Shown in pieces: positions 13,721 to 28,874 of a stretch of 64,000 nucleotides of DNA. The position numbers and the translations under genes were made by a program. Source of the stretch: Octopus sinensis (Eukaryota); assembly GCF_006345805.1 (NCBI RefSeq), contig NW_021832412.1, positions 1 to 64,000 on the forward strand. The letters are read 5' to 3'. Position 1 is the stretch's first letter, and each line of letters opens with the position of its first letter. The notes under the pieces are model-generated. The model made no database searches. It was not told where the DNA came from and was given only the letters and a program-made list of their open reading frames with translations.

Positions 13721-14169
13721 GCTGATGATCGATCTGTGTGGAAGAGCTGTATTGGCAATAAGATTAGCTATATGCAGAGTTGGAGGTTGGGAGAGGAGTA
13801 GAGTTGAATCTGGTCGGCAGAGAGGAATTGTATTGTATTAGTTTTAGACCTAACCAAGCAAACAGATTTCGGTTTGTTATGGAACTAAAAAACCTCGGTC
13901 CTAAGGAGCGGAAGGAGGGACGGAAGCAAGACACAATGCTTAGAACAACAACAATGATAACATCGGCAATAACAAAACTATCGTGAAAGTATTGTTCTGA
14001 GTTTAAAAGTACAAAAGTATTTAGACTGTTTTGAAAATATTAGTTTTGTTCGTCTAAGATCTGATTTCCTGTCAGAAATAAGAGGGGGGTGGGGAAATAA
14101 ACAAATAAATAAATAAATAGATAAATAGATAAATAACTCTAAGTCTTCTTCGATTGAGATCACAGGACG

Positions 14170-14176
14170 TTGTTGT

Positions 14177-14271
<95 letters not shown>

Positions 14272-14320
14272 CTGGTGATGCTGATGATGATGATGATGAT
14301 AGTGATGATGATGATGATAG

Positions 14321-14370
<50 letters not shown>
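14170..14370. repeat. (GCT)n/(GAT)n microsatellite
   Basis: Direct reading. Source of the poly-D/M/H ORFs. Confidence 0.95.
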
Positions 14371-15179
14371 GTGATACTGTTTTACATGGGTCCGTGGAAT
14401 TTGGGGATGTAATATTAAGCAAAAATTGCTGTTTCTAAAATAGGTACAAAACCTGAAAGTAAAAGATGTGTGTAGTTGGGATGATGATGATGATGAGGAG
14501 GAGGAGGAGGAGGAGGAGGAGGTGGAGGATGTGGTGGTTAGTCGATTACATTGGGTCGAGTACCTGACTGATACTTTATTGTATCGACTCGGAAATGAGG
14601 GAAAGGCAAAGGTGACTTCAGCTGGATTCGAACTCAACGAAAACAGCCGGTACAAATATTGCAATGCATTCAATCCGGCGATGCTCTAATGAGCCTGCCA
14701 ATCCATGGCTCTGAGACTGACTCAGATAAATGTTCCTAGCAGAGACGTCAACTAGTCATTTTGAGGGTTGGGGTTAAGACACTACCATCAACCTCCACTA
14801 TTTGAGTCGTACTTGTTTTATCAAACCCTGAAAAGCTGAAAGACAGTGATGGTTTCGGCTGGATTTGAACGCAGGACCGAAACAAAAATCACAAAACAGT
14901 TTGTCCGACGCACTAACAATCTTGCCAAGCCACCGCCCCAAAACTAACAAGCAAAAATAATAACAATCATATTAAGACTTCGTTGTGTATTTGATAAGAG
15001 CTCGTGTTTGGAAGAAATCTGAGGTTTTATATTTGGAAGAAATTCTTGTTTTGGAAGAAATCTTGTATCTAGGGAAGAGACTGATCTATAATGCACTGAG
15101 ATGTGTTTAAGGCTTAATTATATACACAGTTAGATTTCTACATCATGTTCATCTCAAAGATTTGTTTCTCTATTCAAAA

Positions 15180-15600
15180 ACTATTGCATTTTAAAACAAC
15201 TGAACGCCACAAAACATAAAATTAATCTGATTAAAAACCTCGTTAAACTGTTGCTTTGGGATCCAAACTCAACATAGTTTCCTCCTTTTTCTCCCTTCTT
15301 TCTTAACATAGCCAAACAGAAGTTTTGATTTGATGCAATAACCAGGAGTATTCAAATTCTATTGTTTTCTCCATCTCCGTATCCCAGTGTTTTTGGTTCA
15401 TCAGTGGCATATTTTCAATTCCCAACTATTGTCCGGATAAAAGCTTGTTTTTTTGTCTCCATACTGTGTCATCTTTGTATTTCATGCTTTATTTCTTTTG
15501 ATGCTAAGAATTTATCTTGTTTAGTTTTATCACAGATATTGGCTTCATTGAACAAGAAATATCTTTATTCAAGTTTCTTATTTCAGACCAGTTCTTGGTT
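15180..15600 (-). mobile_element. Highly decayed RLE LINE 3' fragment
   Basis: DISC...KHEIQR*...TIVG fragments on the minus strand. Confidence 0.4.
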
Positions 15601-17029
15601 TCAAATATACGTACTGTTGCTGTATGACCTCAAGTCAATCCGGGCCCAGCAGATATAAATCTAAAAAACGTTCCAGTCGTGACCACCCCTTCTTTTATTA
15701 TTCATATGTGTGTCATCTGTAAAGGCGCGTAGCCTACAAATCTTTGACTGGGCGACGCGTTGTGTTCTTGAGCGAAACACTTCATTTCACGTTGCTCCAT
15801 TCCCCTTCGATCAAGGAGTAACGTTGGCCTGCACGCCTAGCCAGTGGGGTGACGTAATTCGAAGGCAAAAACAATGCAAAAGCGCATTGTGAAAAGCGAT
15901 GTGTAATATCGGGCAGGTGACCACGTGTGATGTCAATTCTAGATTGACACTCTACAACGTATTCCTTATTTTCGAAGTATGCGTAATTTGAAGATGTGTA
16001 AGCTGTTTCTACAAGTAGTTAGACCAACTGCATATGGGATCGCTCTAGAACTCTTCTAAAATTCTTCTTTCTCTTCTTCTTCCCCCTCCTCCTCCTCCTC
16101 TTCTTCTTCCTCCTCCTCCTCTTCCTCTTCCTCCTCCTCCTACTCCTCTTCTTCATGCCTATCTCTACTTTATATCCATAAATCTCTTATTGATACCTCC
16201 AAGTAACTCTTTACCTCCCTCAGTTCTTCAGTTTCTCTTTGAAATATTGCAAACTAGTTTACGCCAATATTGGTTCAGTCCACCTCCTCATAGAATCAAA
16301 ATGAGATGGATGTTTTATTTCCATCATAAAAACATCATCATTTTTCATGTATTCAATCCAATTCTTTCCGTTTTTGCTGCAATATTTCTCTTTAAGCATT
16401 CTCCGTTTCGTGTAATGTTTATTCATATATTTCAAGAATTATTGCATTTATTATTTCATATTCCTGTAATTTGTCAATATTGGTTGCGTTTCAGCAATTC
16501 TTCTCCTCATTAAGGTCGCTGAAGTATTTTATTCTACTTGCCATTTCACTAAAAACTGTTATCGCTCTTGTTATAACTATTGTGGTTATTAGTGCTGTTC
16601 TTGTTTAACTACAACCAATTCCATGCTGAGTACACCTAAGACCATATGCATTCCTTCGCTGAGCATTTTCATGTATTATAAGCATATTCCCTTTCAATGA
16701 CTGCTATTTACATTATTGTTATTATATATATATATACATAGATAAATTATGAAATGGAATCAAGCGTAGGTGTTATTCAAACCATTTATACTTCCAACAT
16801 ATGTTTCGAAAAAAGCATTGAGATTATTCCGGAGGGAACAAAAATTATGTAAAACAATGCATTCATCTTTGGCCCTTATGTCAATTCTTGCTACCCTGGT
16901 TACTATTTATCTGTTTTTCTTTGTTATTCGTACACATTGAAAAGATATACATACATTTATATATTCATATATATGTATATATATAATATATATGTATATA
17001 CAATATATATATACAGACATAATTTATAT

Positions 17030-17082
<53 letters not shown>

Positions 17083-17230
17083 ATGTATGTATGTATATAT
17101 AAATATCTGAGGCCCCCTTCGGTCATGACACAGACCCTAGGATTGTACCTAGAAAGTTACCCTGACAGGCACAAATCCGGGCAACGTTGTTTATGAAAGA
17201 CCAGCTAAACACAGACAGGACAGAGAGCGG

Positions 17231-17432
17231 CTAAACACAGAGAGGACAAACAAGGACAGACACACGGATTAAGTCGATTATATCGACCCCAGTGCGTAAC
17301 TGGTACTTATTTAATCGACCCCGAAAGGATGAAAGGCAAAGTCGACCTCGGTGGAATTTGAACTCAGAACGTAACGGCAGACGAAATGCCGCTAGGCATT
17401 TCGCTCGGCGTGCCAACGATTCTGCCAGCTCA
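17231..17432 (-). mobile_element. SINE family A
   Basis: Near full-length, head-to-head with the next copy. Confidence 0.9.
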
Positions 17433-17472
17433 CACTCGTGAGCATGAATTAAAATGATAAAATACAAGCAGT

Positions 17473-17704
17473 AAGGCGGCGAGCTAACAGAAACGTTAGC
17501 GCGCCGGGCGAAATGCGTAGCCGTATTCGTCTGCCGCTACGTTCTGAGTTCAAATTCCGCCGAGGTCGACTTTGCCTATCATCCTTTCGGGGTCGATAAA
17601 TTAAGTACCAGTTACGCACTGGGGTCGATGTAATCGACTTAATACCTCTGCCTGTCCTTGTTTGTCCCCTCTATGTTTAGCCCCTTGTGGGTAATAAAGA
17701 AATA
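17473..17704 (+). mobile_element. SINE family A (young, long-tail)
   Basis: Full-length, ends aaagaaata followed by ggtatttcgtct. Confidence 0.9.
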
Positions 17705-18131
17705 GGTATTTCGTCTGGCTGTCTGTCTACCTATCTAGTTATATATATTATATATATACATGCATACATACATACATACATATATATATATGTGTGTGTG
17801 TGTGTGGTGTGTGTGTGTGTGTGTGTGTGTAAGTCATCTTGTAATTATTGCTTCATTTATCAAGAAGAATTATGTATTCGAAAGTTTTGCAGCGTTTCAT
17901 GTTTTTCCTTTCAAGTCTGTACATCGGATCATATGTCATCTTTATTTTCATGACTACTACTACTACTACTACTACTATACTACTATCATCATGTAAATCT
18001 CCACACTTTATGTCTGTCTTTGAACGTCCCCTTCATCTGTCGCCCTGGTGGCAATAAAAAGTCATCATCATGATCATCATCGTCGTGGTCATCATCATCG
18101 TCATCATCATCATCATCATCATCATCATTAT

Positions 18132-18345
18132 TGACGAGTTGGCAGAATGTTTAGCACGCCGGACACAGTGCTTAGCGACATTTCGTCTGTCGTTTACGTT
18201 CTGAGATCAAATTCCGTCGAGGTAGACTTTGCCTTCCGTCATTTCGGGATCGATAAACTAAGAACCACTAAAGCATTGGAGTTGATGTAATCGACTTACA
18301 CCCTGCCCCGATCCTGCTGGCCTTGTGACAAAATTTGAAACTATT
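18132..18345 (+). mobile_element. SINE family A, older copy with (ATT)n tail
   Basis: Head gagttggcagaatgtttagcacgccgg plus core. Confidence 0.8.
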
Positions 18346-18346
18346 A

Positions 18347-18407
<61 letters not shown>

Positions 18408-18439
18408 CATTATTATTATTATCATCATTATTATTATTA

Positions 18440-18493
<54 letters not shown>

Positions 18494-18502
18494 GTATTAT
18501 TG

Positions 18503-18720
18503 AAGGCGCCGAGCTGGCAGAATCGTTAGCGTGCCAGACGAAATGCTTCGTGGTATTTCACCCGTCGCTACGTTCTGAGTTCAAATTCCATCGAGGTCGA
18601 CTTTGCCTGTCATCCTATTGGAGTCGATTAAATAAGTACCAGTTACGCACGGAGGTCTATGTAATCGACTTAATCCCTTCCCCCAAATGTTAGGCCTTGT
18701 GCTTCCAGTAGAGAGAATTA
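18503..18720 (+). mobile_element. SINE family A
   Basis: Head aaggcgccgagctggcagaatcgttagc plus core. Confidence 0.85.
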
Positions 18721-19199
18721 TTACTGTTCATCGTCGTCGTCGGCGTCGTCGTCATGATCATCTGTATCATCTCAATCATCATCGTCAACATCGTCATTAT
18801 CATCATCGTCGTCATCATCATCATCATCATGATCATTGTCATCATCATCGTTATCATCGTCATCATCATAATCATCATCATCACTGTCGTCATCATCGTC
18901 ATTAACATCATCGTCATCATCATCATGATAATCATCATCATCGTCGTCATCATCCTTATCATTATCATCTATATCATCATCATCTATATCATCATCATCT
19001 ATATCATCATCATCATTATCATCATCATCATCATCACCGTCATCATCATTATCATCATGATCATCACCATCAGTCTATACCATTTTAGCTCTCTATAAGT
19101 CTATACCATTTTAGTCTCTCTATCACTGCATTATCTTTTCTTTCAGATAATACGAATTTTACTGCTACACTGTATCTATAAATTTTATCTAACATATAG

Positions 19200-19301
19200 A
19201 TAGAGAGAGAGAGAGAGATAAATAGATAGATAGAGAGAGAAAGAGATAGAAGGATTGAGAGAGAGAGAGGGAGACAGAGACAGACAGACAGACAGACAGA
19301 G

Positions 19302-19332
<31 letters not shown>

Positions 19333-19395
19333 GACAGACAGACAGATAGACAGACAGACAGACGGACGGACGGACAGACGGACAGACAGACAGAC

Positions 19396-19481
<86 letters not shown>
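19200..19481. repeat. (GA)n/(GACA)n/(GATA)n compound microsatellite
   Basis: Direct reading. Confidence 0.95.
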
Positions 19482-19482
<1 letters not shown>

Positions 19483-20294
19483 ATTATGGTGATAGGTATA
19501 ACGTGGGTGATGACCTCGTCAGCGCTTCCTCTTTAGTTGGTTGTTTCAAATCAGGATACATGAGAAAGTGACTGAACAGTAATGTTGTTACATGTATGGC
19601 ACATATTGTATGCATTGCATAACTTTATATTTGGTATGCAAAAACAACGTTCGTTTATGGAAACGTTCGTAACATCGATTTGACATCTCTATTCCACAAT
19701 TAAAATCAAATTAGATGTGTGTATGTCTGTCTGTCTCTGTATGCACGCGTGTGTGTAAATGGAGAGATGTAAACACATGATGTATATATAAAATATCTTA
19801 GTGAGCAGTAATAGGGAGATTAATTTCGATCATGTGTTGAGCTTTTGTTAGCATCTACGCTTCCTCTAAACTCACAAGGAAGACATTACTTACAAACGTG
19901 CTATTATTAAAAGCTTTAAGTAACCTAGATAGAGCAATTTGCATAAATGATATGATCCATCGTTTCTGCCCACTGTAACTGGGCTAGTGTTCTCAAACAC
20001 CTTCTCCACAGGGTCCTATCAGAAGCAGCCAGCATTCCAAATTTCTAATGGGTGTTCCCTTGAGGACCCATTTCAGGAGCTAGGGACATGTATCCTTTGT
20101 GCTCCCTCCCACACCGTCCAAAATAAGCTGCAGGCTTATCGCTCCTTGTAACAGCATTGTGTGGAAACTGCAATGTATTACCGGATATCCGAAGCATCCC
20201 TTGTAAACACATGTAACGGACGATGCAGTACGACTATTCTTTCGAGCCTTTTTTTCTTCTTTTTGGGGGGTCTTATTCACGCCAGGCACCAGGA

Positions 20295-20464
20295 GTGGAG
20301 GAGTGGCTGTGTGGTTTGTAGCTTGTTTACCAACCACATGGTTCCGGGTTCAGTCCCACTGCGTGGCACCTTGGGCTAGTGTCTTCTACTATAGCTTCGG
20401 GCCGACCAAAGCTTTGTGAGTGGATTTGGTAAACGGAAACTGAAAGAAGCCCATCGTATATATG

Positions 20465-20537
<73 letters not shown>

Positions 20538-20790
20538 ATGTGTGTGTGTGTGTGGTGTGTGTGTGTGTGTGTGTGAGTTTGTATGTCTGTGTTTGTCCCC
20601 CCAACATCGCTTGACAGCCGATGCTGGTGTGTTTATGTCCCCGTCACTTAGCGGTTCGGCAAAGAGACCGATAGAATAAGTACTGGGCTTACAAAGAATA
20701 AGTCCTGGGGTCGAGTTGCTCGATTAAAGGCGGTGCTCCAGCATGGCCGCAGTCAAATGACTGAAACAAGTAAAAGAGTAAAAGAGTAAA
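20295..20790 (+). mobile_element. SINE family B, full-length
   Basis: Contains gcgtggcaccttgggctagtgtcttc (CORE-like) and a gtaaaaga tail. Confidence 0.9.
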
Positions 20791-21521
20791 TGATATGCTT
20801 TGAGTAAGAATTGACTGTTATTTCAAGCAGATTGAGCGTCCATCTAGAAACTACCTAGCATGCTGTCTTGTTTTTGTTGCTGCTGTATAACCTAGACGAA
20901 CCTCTATGCAAAATCGTTCTAAACGCGACCAACACGTCTTTTCATTAATATGAAGGAATGACAATACTATTCAATAGGTCCTTTATCTACGACGTTAGGA
21001 TGTGTCATGAGAGAAATTTATCTACTATTTCTAGCACTCGGCACGATCAGATAGTGTTTACCATGCATCGTTGTGCTTGTTGTTGTTGTTGGGTCAGCCA
21101 TGTTTATCGTATTAGTTATCTGTTGCCATCATTGAATTTCTCTGATGTTGTGACATAATCAATCGTTATAATATTTGTAATTATAAATAATGAATCTATG
21201 GCGGTACCAATGATTGATTAATGGTTAATCAACCAATCAATCAATCAGTGCAATATTGGTAATATGCCACATTATATTTTTATTATTTTTGTTCTTCTAC
21301 TGCTTTTCATCATTGGAATGCAGCCAAGCGGAAGCATCACTTTTATTGGAGTTTAATGAAAATCTATCGATACCTCTACTTGGTCAGGTATTGAGTTTAT
21401 CGATCTCAGTCGTATATCAGATTGCTTATTTTACCTGTGTTACGTCCATTTTCAATAGGAATTTACGCCGATTGGTACAGACAGACACACATGGAAAGGG
21501 CTTACATACTCATACAGATGT

Positions 21522-21553
<32 letters not shown>

Positions 21554-21909
21554 TTATAAATATGTACATGTATATATATGTACGTATAACATATTATAAC
21601 ATATAATATATAATATATTGTAACATACTAAAATATAAAATGTAATATAATATTATACACATACATGTATATATATATATGTATATATATATACATACGA
21701 CATACACACATATGACATATACATACATATGACATGCAAACATTCATATGAATATATATATGTATGTTTGTATGTATGTTTGTATGTTTGTATGTATGTA
21801 TGTATGTATTATACATTTGCATAAATATATATGTAAGTATTTGTATATATATATATATATATCTATATATATATATATATTATATATTATAAGTATACGT
21901 ATATGTTAA

Positions 21910-22015
21910 ATAAAATGAGACAACAAAGCTGTGTGAAATTTTCAGGACATTTATAAAAAGAAAGTTAGTCTTACAGCTGTTTCTGAGATATTAGGGATAT
22001 TCCTTATTAGAGACA
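21910..22015 (-). mobile_element. Penelope-like pLTR remnant with a decayed hammerhead
   Basis: Reverse complement reads gtct-ctaataa-...-gaaa-cagctg-ta-agac. Homologous to 36070-36185. Confidence 0.6.
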
Positions 22016-22150
22016 TAACTTACTTGCCACCTTAGGTCTTCTGGATACCAATACCTCTCATAAGTTACTCATAATACATACACCATATAATATATATATA
22101 TGCCTAACATACATACATACCTGCATCAAATAAATATATATATATTAAAA

Positions 22151-22238
<88 letters not shown>

Positions 22239-22241
22239 TCT

Positions 22242-22346
22242 TGTATTTAGGAATGGTCATTTTGCCAGTTTAGCCAATAAAAACACACGCACTATATATT
22301 GGTGTTATTGGTGGCTAAACTGGCAAAATGACCATTCCTAAATACA
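22242..22346. repeat. Perfect 35-bp inverted repeat inside (TA)n
   Basis: 22242-22276 is the exact reverse complement of 22312-22346. Confidence 0.92.
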
Positions 22347-23110
22347 TCAATATCTGTTTCAACACACGATTTCACATCAAAAATCTTGCTACATATATAT
22401 ATATATATATATTTATATATGAGTGTATGTATATATTTATATGCGTGTGGGGGGGGTGATTATTGTGCAATGCGGAAGGTAACGTACAAGGAATTCTACA
22501 ATTAACATAGAATGAATTTCAAAATTTATCTCTTTGGTTTTCTGGTGGAGATGGTGGTGGTGGTGTTGACGCCTATGGTTGTAGCGGTGGTGTTCAGATT
22601 GGGGATGCTGGTTACGATAATGATGGTGCTGGTGATGATGGTATTATTATTATTAGTAGTAGTAGTAGTAGTAGTAATGATAATCGTGGTGGTGGTGGTC
22701 TTGTTGAGGACGATGGTAAAGATGATGGTAGAAATAATGACAGTTGTGGTGGGGATGTTAATGGAAGTTTACATTTTATAAAGGAAGGCAATGAACGATT
22801 GACAGTTTGGTAGTTTTGGAAAAGATTATGTGTATCCTCTTCTGAATAATATCTGCTTAAAAGACGAGTTTATGAGAAGAGATAATGGTGGGTGGCTGTT
22901 GGTGTCAGGGGAGATAAGTGGAGGAGATAACTCGTATGTCATGAACCGTTTGGCTTAAGGAGAGCTTCACTTCTAATAAAAGTGAGTGTAGAGAAAAAAG
23001 GGTTGCCTTAGCATTAATAAATGTACAAATGTATGTATATGTGTGTGTGTATACGTGTGCATGCATGTATGTGTGTATAAATATATGTGTGTATTATATG
23101 TATATATATA

Positions 23111-23143
<33 letters not shown>

Positions 23144-23207
23144 AATGTCTATGTGTATATATATATATATATACATGTGTGTGTGTATATATATATTTAC
23201 ATATGTT

Positions 23208-23238
<31 letters not shown>

Positions 23239-23487
23239 GTTTGTGTGTGTATGTGTGCATGTTTGCTTATATGTGTACATATATATACGTACACATATGA
23301 TACAAAGGCAGATTCACTGAGTGAATCATATACAGATAGGGAGAGAAAGGTTATGTAGATATGTAGATAGATAGACAGACAGACAGGCAAGCAGATTGAC
23401 AGATAGTTAGATAGATCGTATTCACACTTGTATACCTGTCTAGCTATCTGCTTACCTACCCATTTATTTATCGCTTTCTTTCTTTCT

Positions 23488-23518
<31 letters not shown>

Positions 23519-24803
23519 TGTGTGTGTGGTGTGTGTGTGTGTGTGTGTGTGTTTGTACGTGTTAGTAAAAGTAATATATCTTCTTTTGAAGTTTTTTTCT
23601 TCCAAACAAATTTGCATATCCTTTAGTCTTAGAGTTTAGAGGCCAATTGATGGAGGTAGAATGCTGTTTTCATGAATTTATCTCTTCTTGCATTCCTGCG
23701 ACGGCTTCTGTTTCTCGGAATTAGCTTAATGCTTAATCCACACATCTTCTCATCCCACTTTCTTGATCTTAACGCCCAGGCTCTACTTTAAGCAGTTCAC
23801 TCCATCCTGCCTTTTTAGATTGCAGCCCTCTGGAACTCCCCAGACAAGTCAAGTTCCTCCACTCGCTATCCCCCAGATATTCAACCTGAACATCGACCGC
23901 ATTATTCTCACCATTCTAGGATTGCTTGTAACTGACATGGACACTATCCTCTGAATATATCTTCTGACTAACAAAGGCGAAAATAGTGAAGATCGGGTGT
24001 ATACTCATAAATGCACTTTTGAATTACATATTGATTTCTAAGAGAGGTATAAGGTCAGATTTCGAGGCTAATATATCATTTAAAAAGAAAGCAATCAAAT
24101 AAACCATTGCTACAACAAGAGCCACTAATAACTTCAATAAAAACAGTGTGATTACATCTAATATATCCATAGACAAATTTATTAAACTGATGAATACTAT
24201 TGACTGTATGAAAGTAAATCCCATTGTTTTCAAGTGGTGTGTTATTAGGTCGGCCGATAACTTGCTAGTTTTGATGAAAGAAGAAAATAAATTCATTGAA
24301 AATAAAAGATCCTACTTTATTTAGTCTAGGTAACGGCTCACGATAGCCATAAACAGCAGTTCCAAAGCAAATTCCTGGAGAGATAAATAGAACGTCATTA
24401 CGTCGTTTAAACATAATGCGTAGACATCATGGCGTCTTGTTATGGAGGGAGACAATTGAATTGGCGACGAATCATGCGATATTGTTTCAATTTTTGTTCA
24501 TATCAACAGAAGTGTGGTTATTATTAATGAAAAGAACTGCTTCAGAAACTTTCGTTTGTCGTTCTCTTAATGAAACCGAATTCTTATTCTTGTCGCTGGT
24601 GTTGTTGTTATTGCTGTTTCCTTCCTTTTTTTCTGTTTTTTTCTTTTTTCCCCATCAGATATTTATTTGGGTTAAGTATTTTCGAACAGCACATATATTC
24701 ATTATCTATCTTTCTTCAGATATTTCTACAATTATCATTTTTCTATAGAGAGCAACATCGATGTAAACAGTTCAATGGTCTTATACACACACACACAAAA
24801 TGC

Positions 24804-24913
<110 letters not shown>

Positions 24914-25405
24914 TGTGCGTGTGTGTGTGTATAAATATATGTATATGCGTGTGTGTGTGTGTGTGGTGTATCAGTCTGTCTGTCTGTATGTGTACGTTCA
25001 CTCAAGCAGGTATATAATATATGTAATTATCTATAAAGATATATTAGGAATACATTTTCTAGCAATAAATCTATAGGAATTCGCAACAAACTGCATTCAC
25101 AGCTTTATAACTTAATATAGTATATAGACTAACTGAATAAGAAAAAACATTTCCAGGCTCGCACACACGCGCGTGCGTGCGTGCGTGCGTGCGTGTGCGT
25201 GTGTGCGTGAGCGTGCGCACCCATAATTTCATTGGCTGACGCGAACACTAGTGAATTTGCTATTCCGTCATTGCAAAATGCATCGAAGACTGCTGAGTCA
25301 TGCGACTTTATGCAACGGAGAAACTGTCAATATTCACCAGTATTGGTTGTAGTCGCACATATATAATATATACATACATACATACATACATACATATGTA
25401 TATAC

Positions 25406-25452
<47 letters not shown>

Positions 25453-25490
25453 ATTATATATATATATATAATATATATATATGTATATAC

Positions 25491-25521
<31 letters not shown>

Positions 25522-25951
25522 TGTATGTAGAAAAAGAGAAAGAGAGATGCTTATTTATATATATATATATATATCGTTGCTATTTTGCAAAGGTGTCGTA
25601 AGTCCAAAACGCTTTTTTTTTTTTTTAGAAAGCGAAAAAATAGTTTCACCATTCCATAGCAAAATCGTTATACTACATTTTGTCAATTTTGGTATATTGG
25701 TATCTGAGGCAGCTGAAGATGTGATAATTTGACCAAAAGATCTGGGTATTGCAAGCAAAAATAGATATTGGAAAAAACATATTTGGCCAAAGTTGGATAT
25801 ACGACAGTTTAACATAATAGTAATGATATCTATGTATATATATATATATATAAGTAGGTGAATGAATTATCCTATGTTTATCGTCAGCATGGAAAATTCG
25901 AGAGTGAAGGAATTTTGTTAACATCTTCGTTCGACTCCATTCTTTCATTTA

Positions 25952-25993
<42 letters not shown>

Positions 25994-26230
25994 GTCCACA
26001 AGTTATTTTTTATTCTTCCTCTGTTTATTTTCTCTTATTCCTTTCTATTGAAGAGCATAGACTCTAAATATAAAGACTTCCTCACTTTCTCGAGCGTCAA
26101 ACTAATACACCTGTTTGGTGTTCATACACTTGTCTTCGTCTTTTGTTTTTCTGTAAATTTCAGCTATGTATGTGTGCTTCTGTGTAAATGTATGTATGTA
26201 TATATGTTTGTGTTTGTATATATGTATATA

Positions 26231-26298
<68 letters not shown>

Positions 26299-26455
26299 GT
26301 GGGTGGTTGTGTTTAATAAAAGGAACCAATAAATAATTATACTACAAACAGTACATGTTAAAAAGTTACAAGTACCTACTACCAACAGTAAATGCGATGC
26401 TATACACAGACACACACACACGCACACACACACACACACCACACACACACACACA

Positions 26456-26565
<110 letters not shown>

Positions 26566-27936
26566 TATATATACATATATGATACTTAATGCATATACGT
26601 TGTTGAAAGCCTTCTGAGCTGCGGTATTCATCTGGAGAAAGTATCTCGTACAAAGTTTTAAAAATCCGACAGAAATATATGAGTAACAGACAGAAAGTTC
26701 TAGCGGCTGATAAACTCTCTTATACTTCTGTGTTTTTGACACTATACGTCTCTATGCGATATTTCCTCGAGACGAATACCGGAGGTTTCATGCTTTCAGC
26801 GTATGTGTTTGCTTTAAGCATGATACACAGAAATTTGGATAGGTATGTGTTTGTGAATGGGTTGGTTTAAGTTTGTGTGTGTGTGTGTTCCTCCAAACAT
26901 ATATGATGAACACGTTTTGCAGCTGTACTAACTCTTAGTTTGCAGCTAACTAATTCTAAAGCTATATAACCTAACACAATACTTTGTACATAAACTAAAC
27001 GTAAAAAGGTACTAAATATATTTTGTTTACTGTCGTTTTTACAACTTCAAACAGCAACATTTCAAATACTCACAAAGTGAAACAATCTTCTGCTAATACT
27101 TTTATTATTAAATTTATTTTCCTCGCGTGCAATAGTACTGTATTCCTGTTAGTATCGTACAATTTTTCTAGAACTACTGAATTTTCGAGGTGCCAATATT
27201 TTTCCTTGTCACTTTATTAGAAATACGAGAAGCTATATTTTTTTTCCATATTTACTAATAGTTTCAGAAGATTATATTTCGAAAAATATTAAACAGGATT
27301 CGACATACTGATGTCGTATAAAATATTGTCAAATACCTCTTCTCTTTTTTTCTCCGTTCTTTGTAAATAACTTTTTGCACCACATAAATTAATCAAAATC
27401 GCTTGAGACCAATAACAGACGTTTTAACAGACTTGCAAGAGTGAAGACATCTCTCTATATTTTAGGAAAATGTCGTTTGACCAATGCAATCTGACGGAGA
27501 TATATGTGGCATGTAGGAATTGTATAAACTGTTTTTTATCTTCAAAAAGTCGAACAATGTCTCAAACTTTTGCATATGAGTCGTAAATTCAGCAGAAATA
27601 TTGTAAACGAAGAAAAAGTAGTTTAAATGTAATTTCAATAACGAAAGAAAAAAAACAGTCACTAAAATCAGCCACAATATTTCAAATTATGATCAGCAAA
27701 GAAAAACCACACAAAGTGAAGAGTGGCATAAACCAATTCCTGATTATAGAATTTATCAAGTGTCTCAGATATTTCAGATATTGTAAAAATAATTTTTCAA
27801 TACATTTCAAAATTTAACTTTTCATTCAAAGTGGAATCTTCAAAGTAGACTGGATTTATTTAAAACTAAAAATATTCCACAGTACAAACACATTTATATT
27901 CTACATACATATTGTATACATATATGTGTGTGTGTG

Positions 27937-27983
<47 letters not shown>

Positions 27984-28221
27984 CATATTATATCCATATA
28001 TATATATATGCATATATGTATAGTTTACTGTTCGCATATAGATAGGATCAACAGAAAAGTACCCCATCCAGTGAGAGATAAATATCATATGTCACACACT
28101 CAATTACAAAATATGCTACAATTAGTTCCATGCTTTAAGATACATTAAATTGGCAGATTCATGTAACATGGCATGTCATTGTCTATTTTAATGTTTCATA
28201 TATATATATATACATGTGTAG

Positions 28222-28410
28222 TCTTTTATTCGTTTACTTGTTTCAGTCATTTGACTGCGGCCATGCTGGAGCACCGCCTTTAGTCGAACAAATTGACCCC
28301 AGGACTTATTCTTAGTCTATCGGTCACTTTTGACGAACCACTAAGTTACGGGGGCGTAAACACGCCTGCATCGCTTGCCAAGCGATGGCTGGGGGGACAA
28401 GCACAGATAC
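28222..28410 (-). mobile_element. SINE family B, 3' part
   Basis: tgactgcggccatgctggagcaccgcc. Confidence 0.85.
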
Positions 28411-28678
28411 ACAAACATATATATGTATGTGTATGTGTATATATATATATATATACATATATCAGCCGAAATTGCGAGGATAATCCGGTTCTTGACTGAA
28501 GATATAAGGCTTCGAATGACCCGTCCTTGATTTTTTTGTATCGTCTATCTGGATGTTTTGTTGTCCCTTTTTGTATCATCTAGTTGTCCGGATGTTTTGC
28601 GTTCTTGTCATATTTTGTACTTTATTGTATATATATATATATACATATACATATATTTATGTATATATATATATATAT

Positions 28679-28713
<35 letters not shown>

Positions 28714-28778
28714 GACAGAGAGACAGAGAAAGAGGGAGAGGGAGAGAAAGTGTGTATATATATATGTGTGTGCGCGAG

Positions 28779-28874
<96 letters not shown>

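Noticed and set aside
24024-24296. 90-aa hydrophobic ORF resembling a membrane protein
   Set aside because: No recognisable motif. AT-rich DNA readily yields hydrophobic ORFs. Kept only as a low-interest lead.
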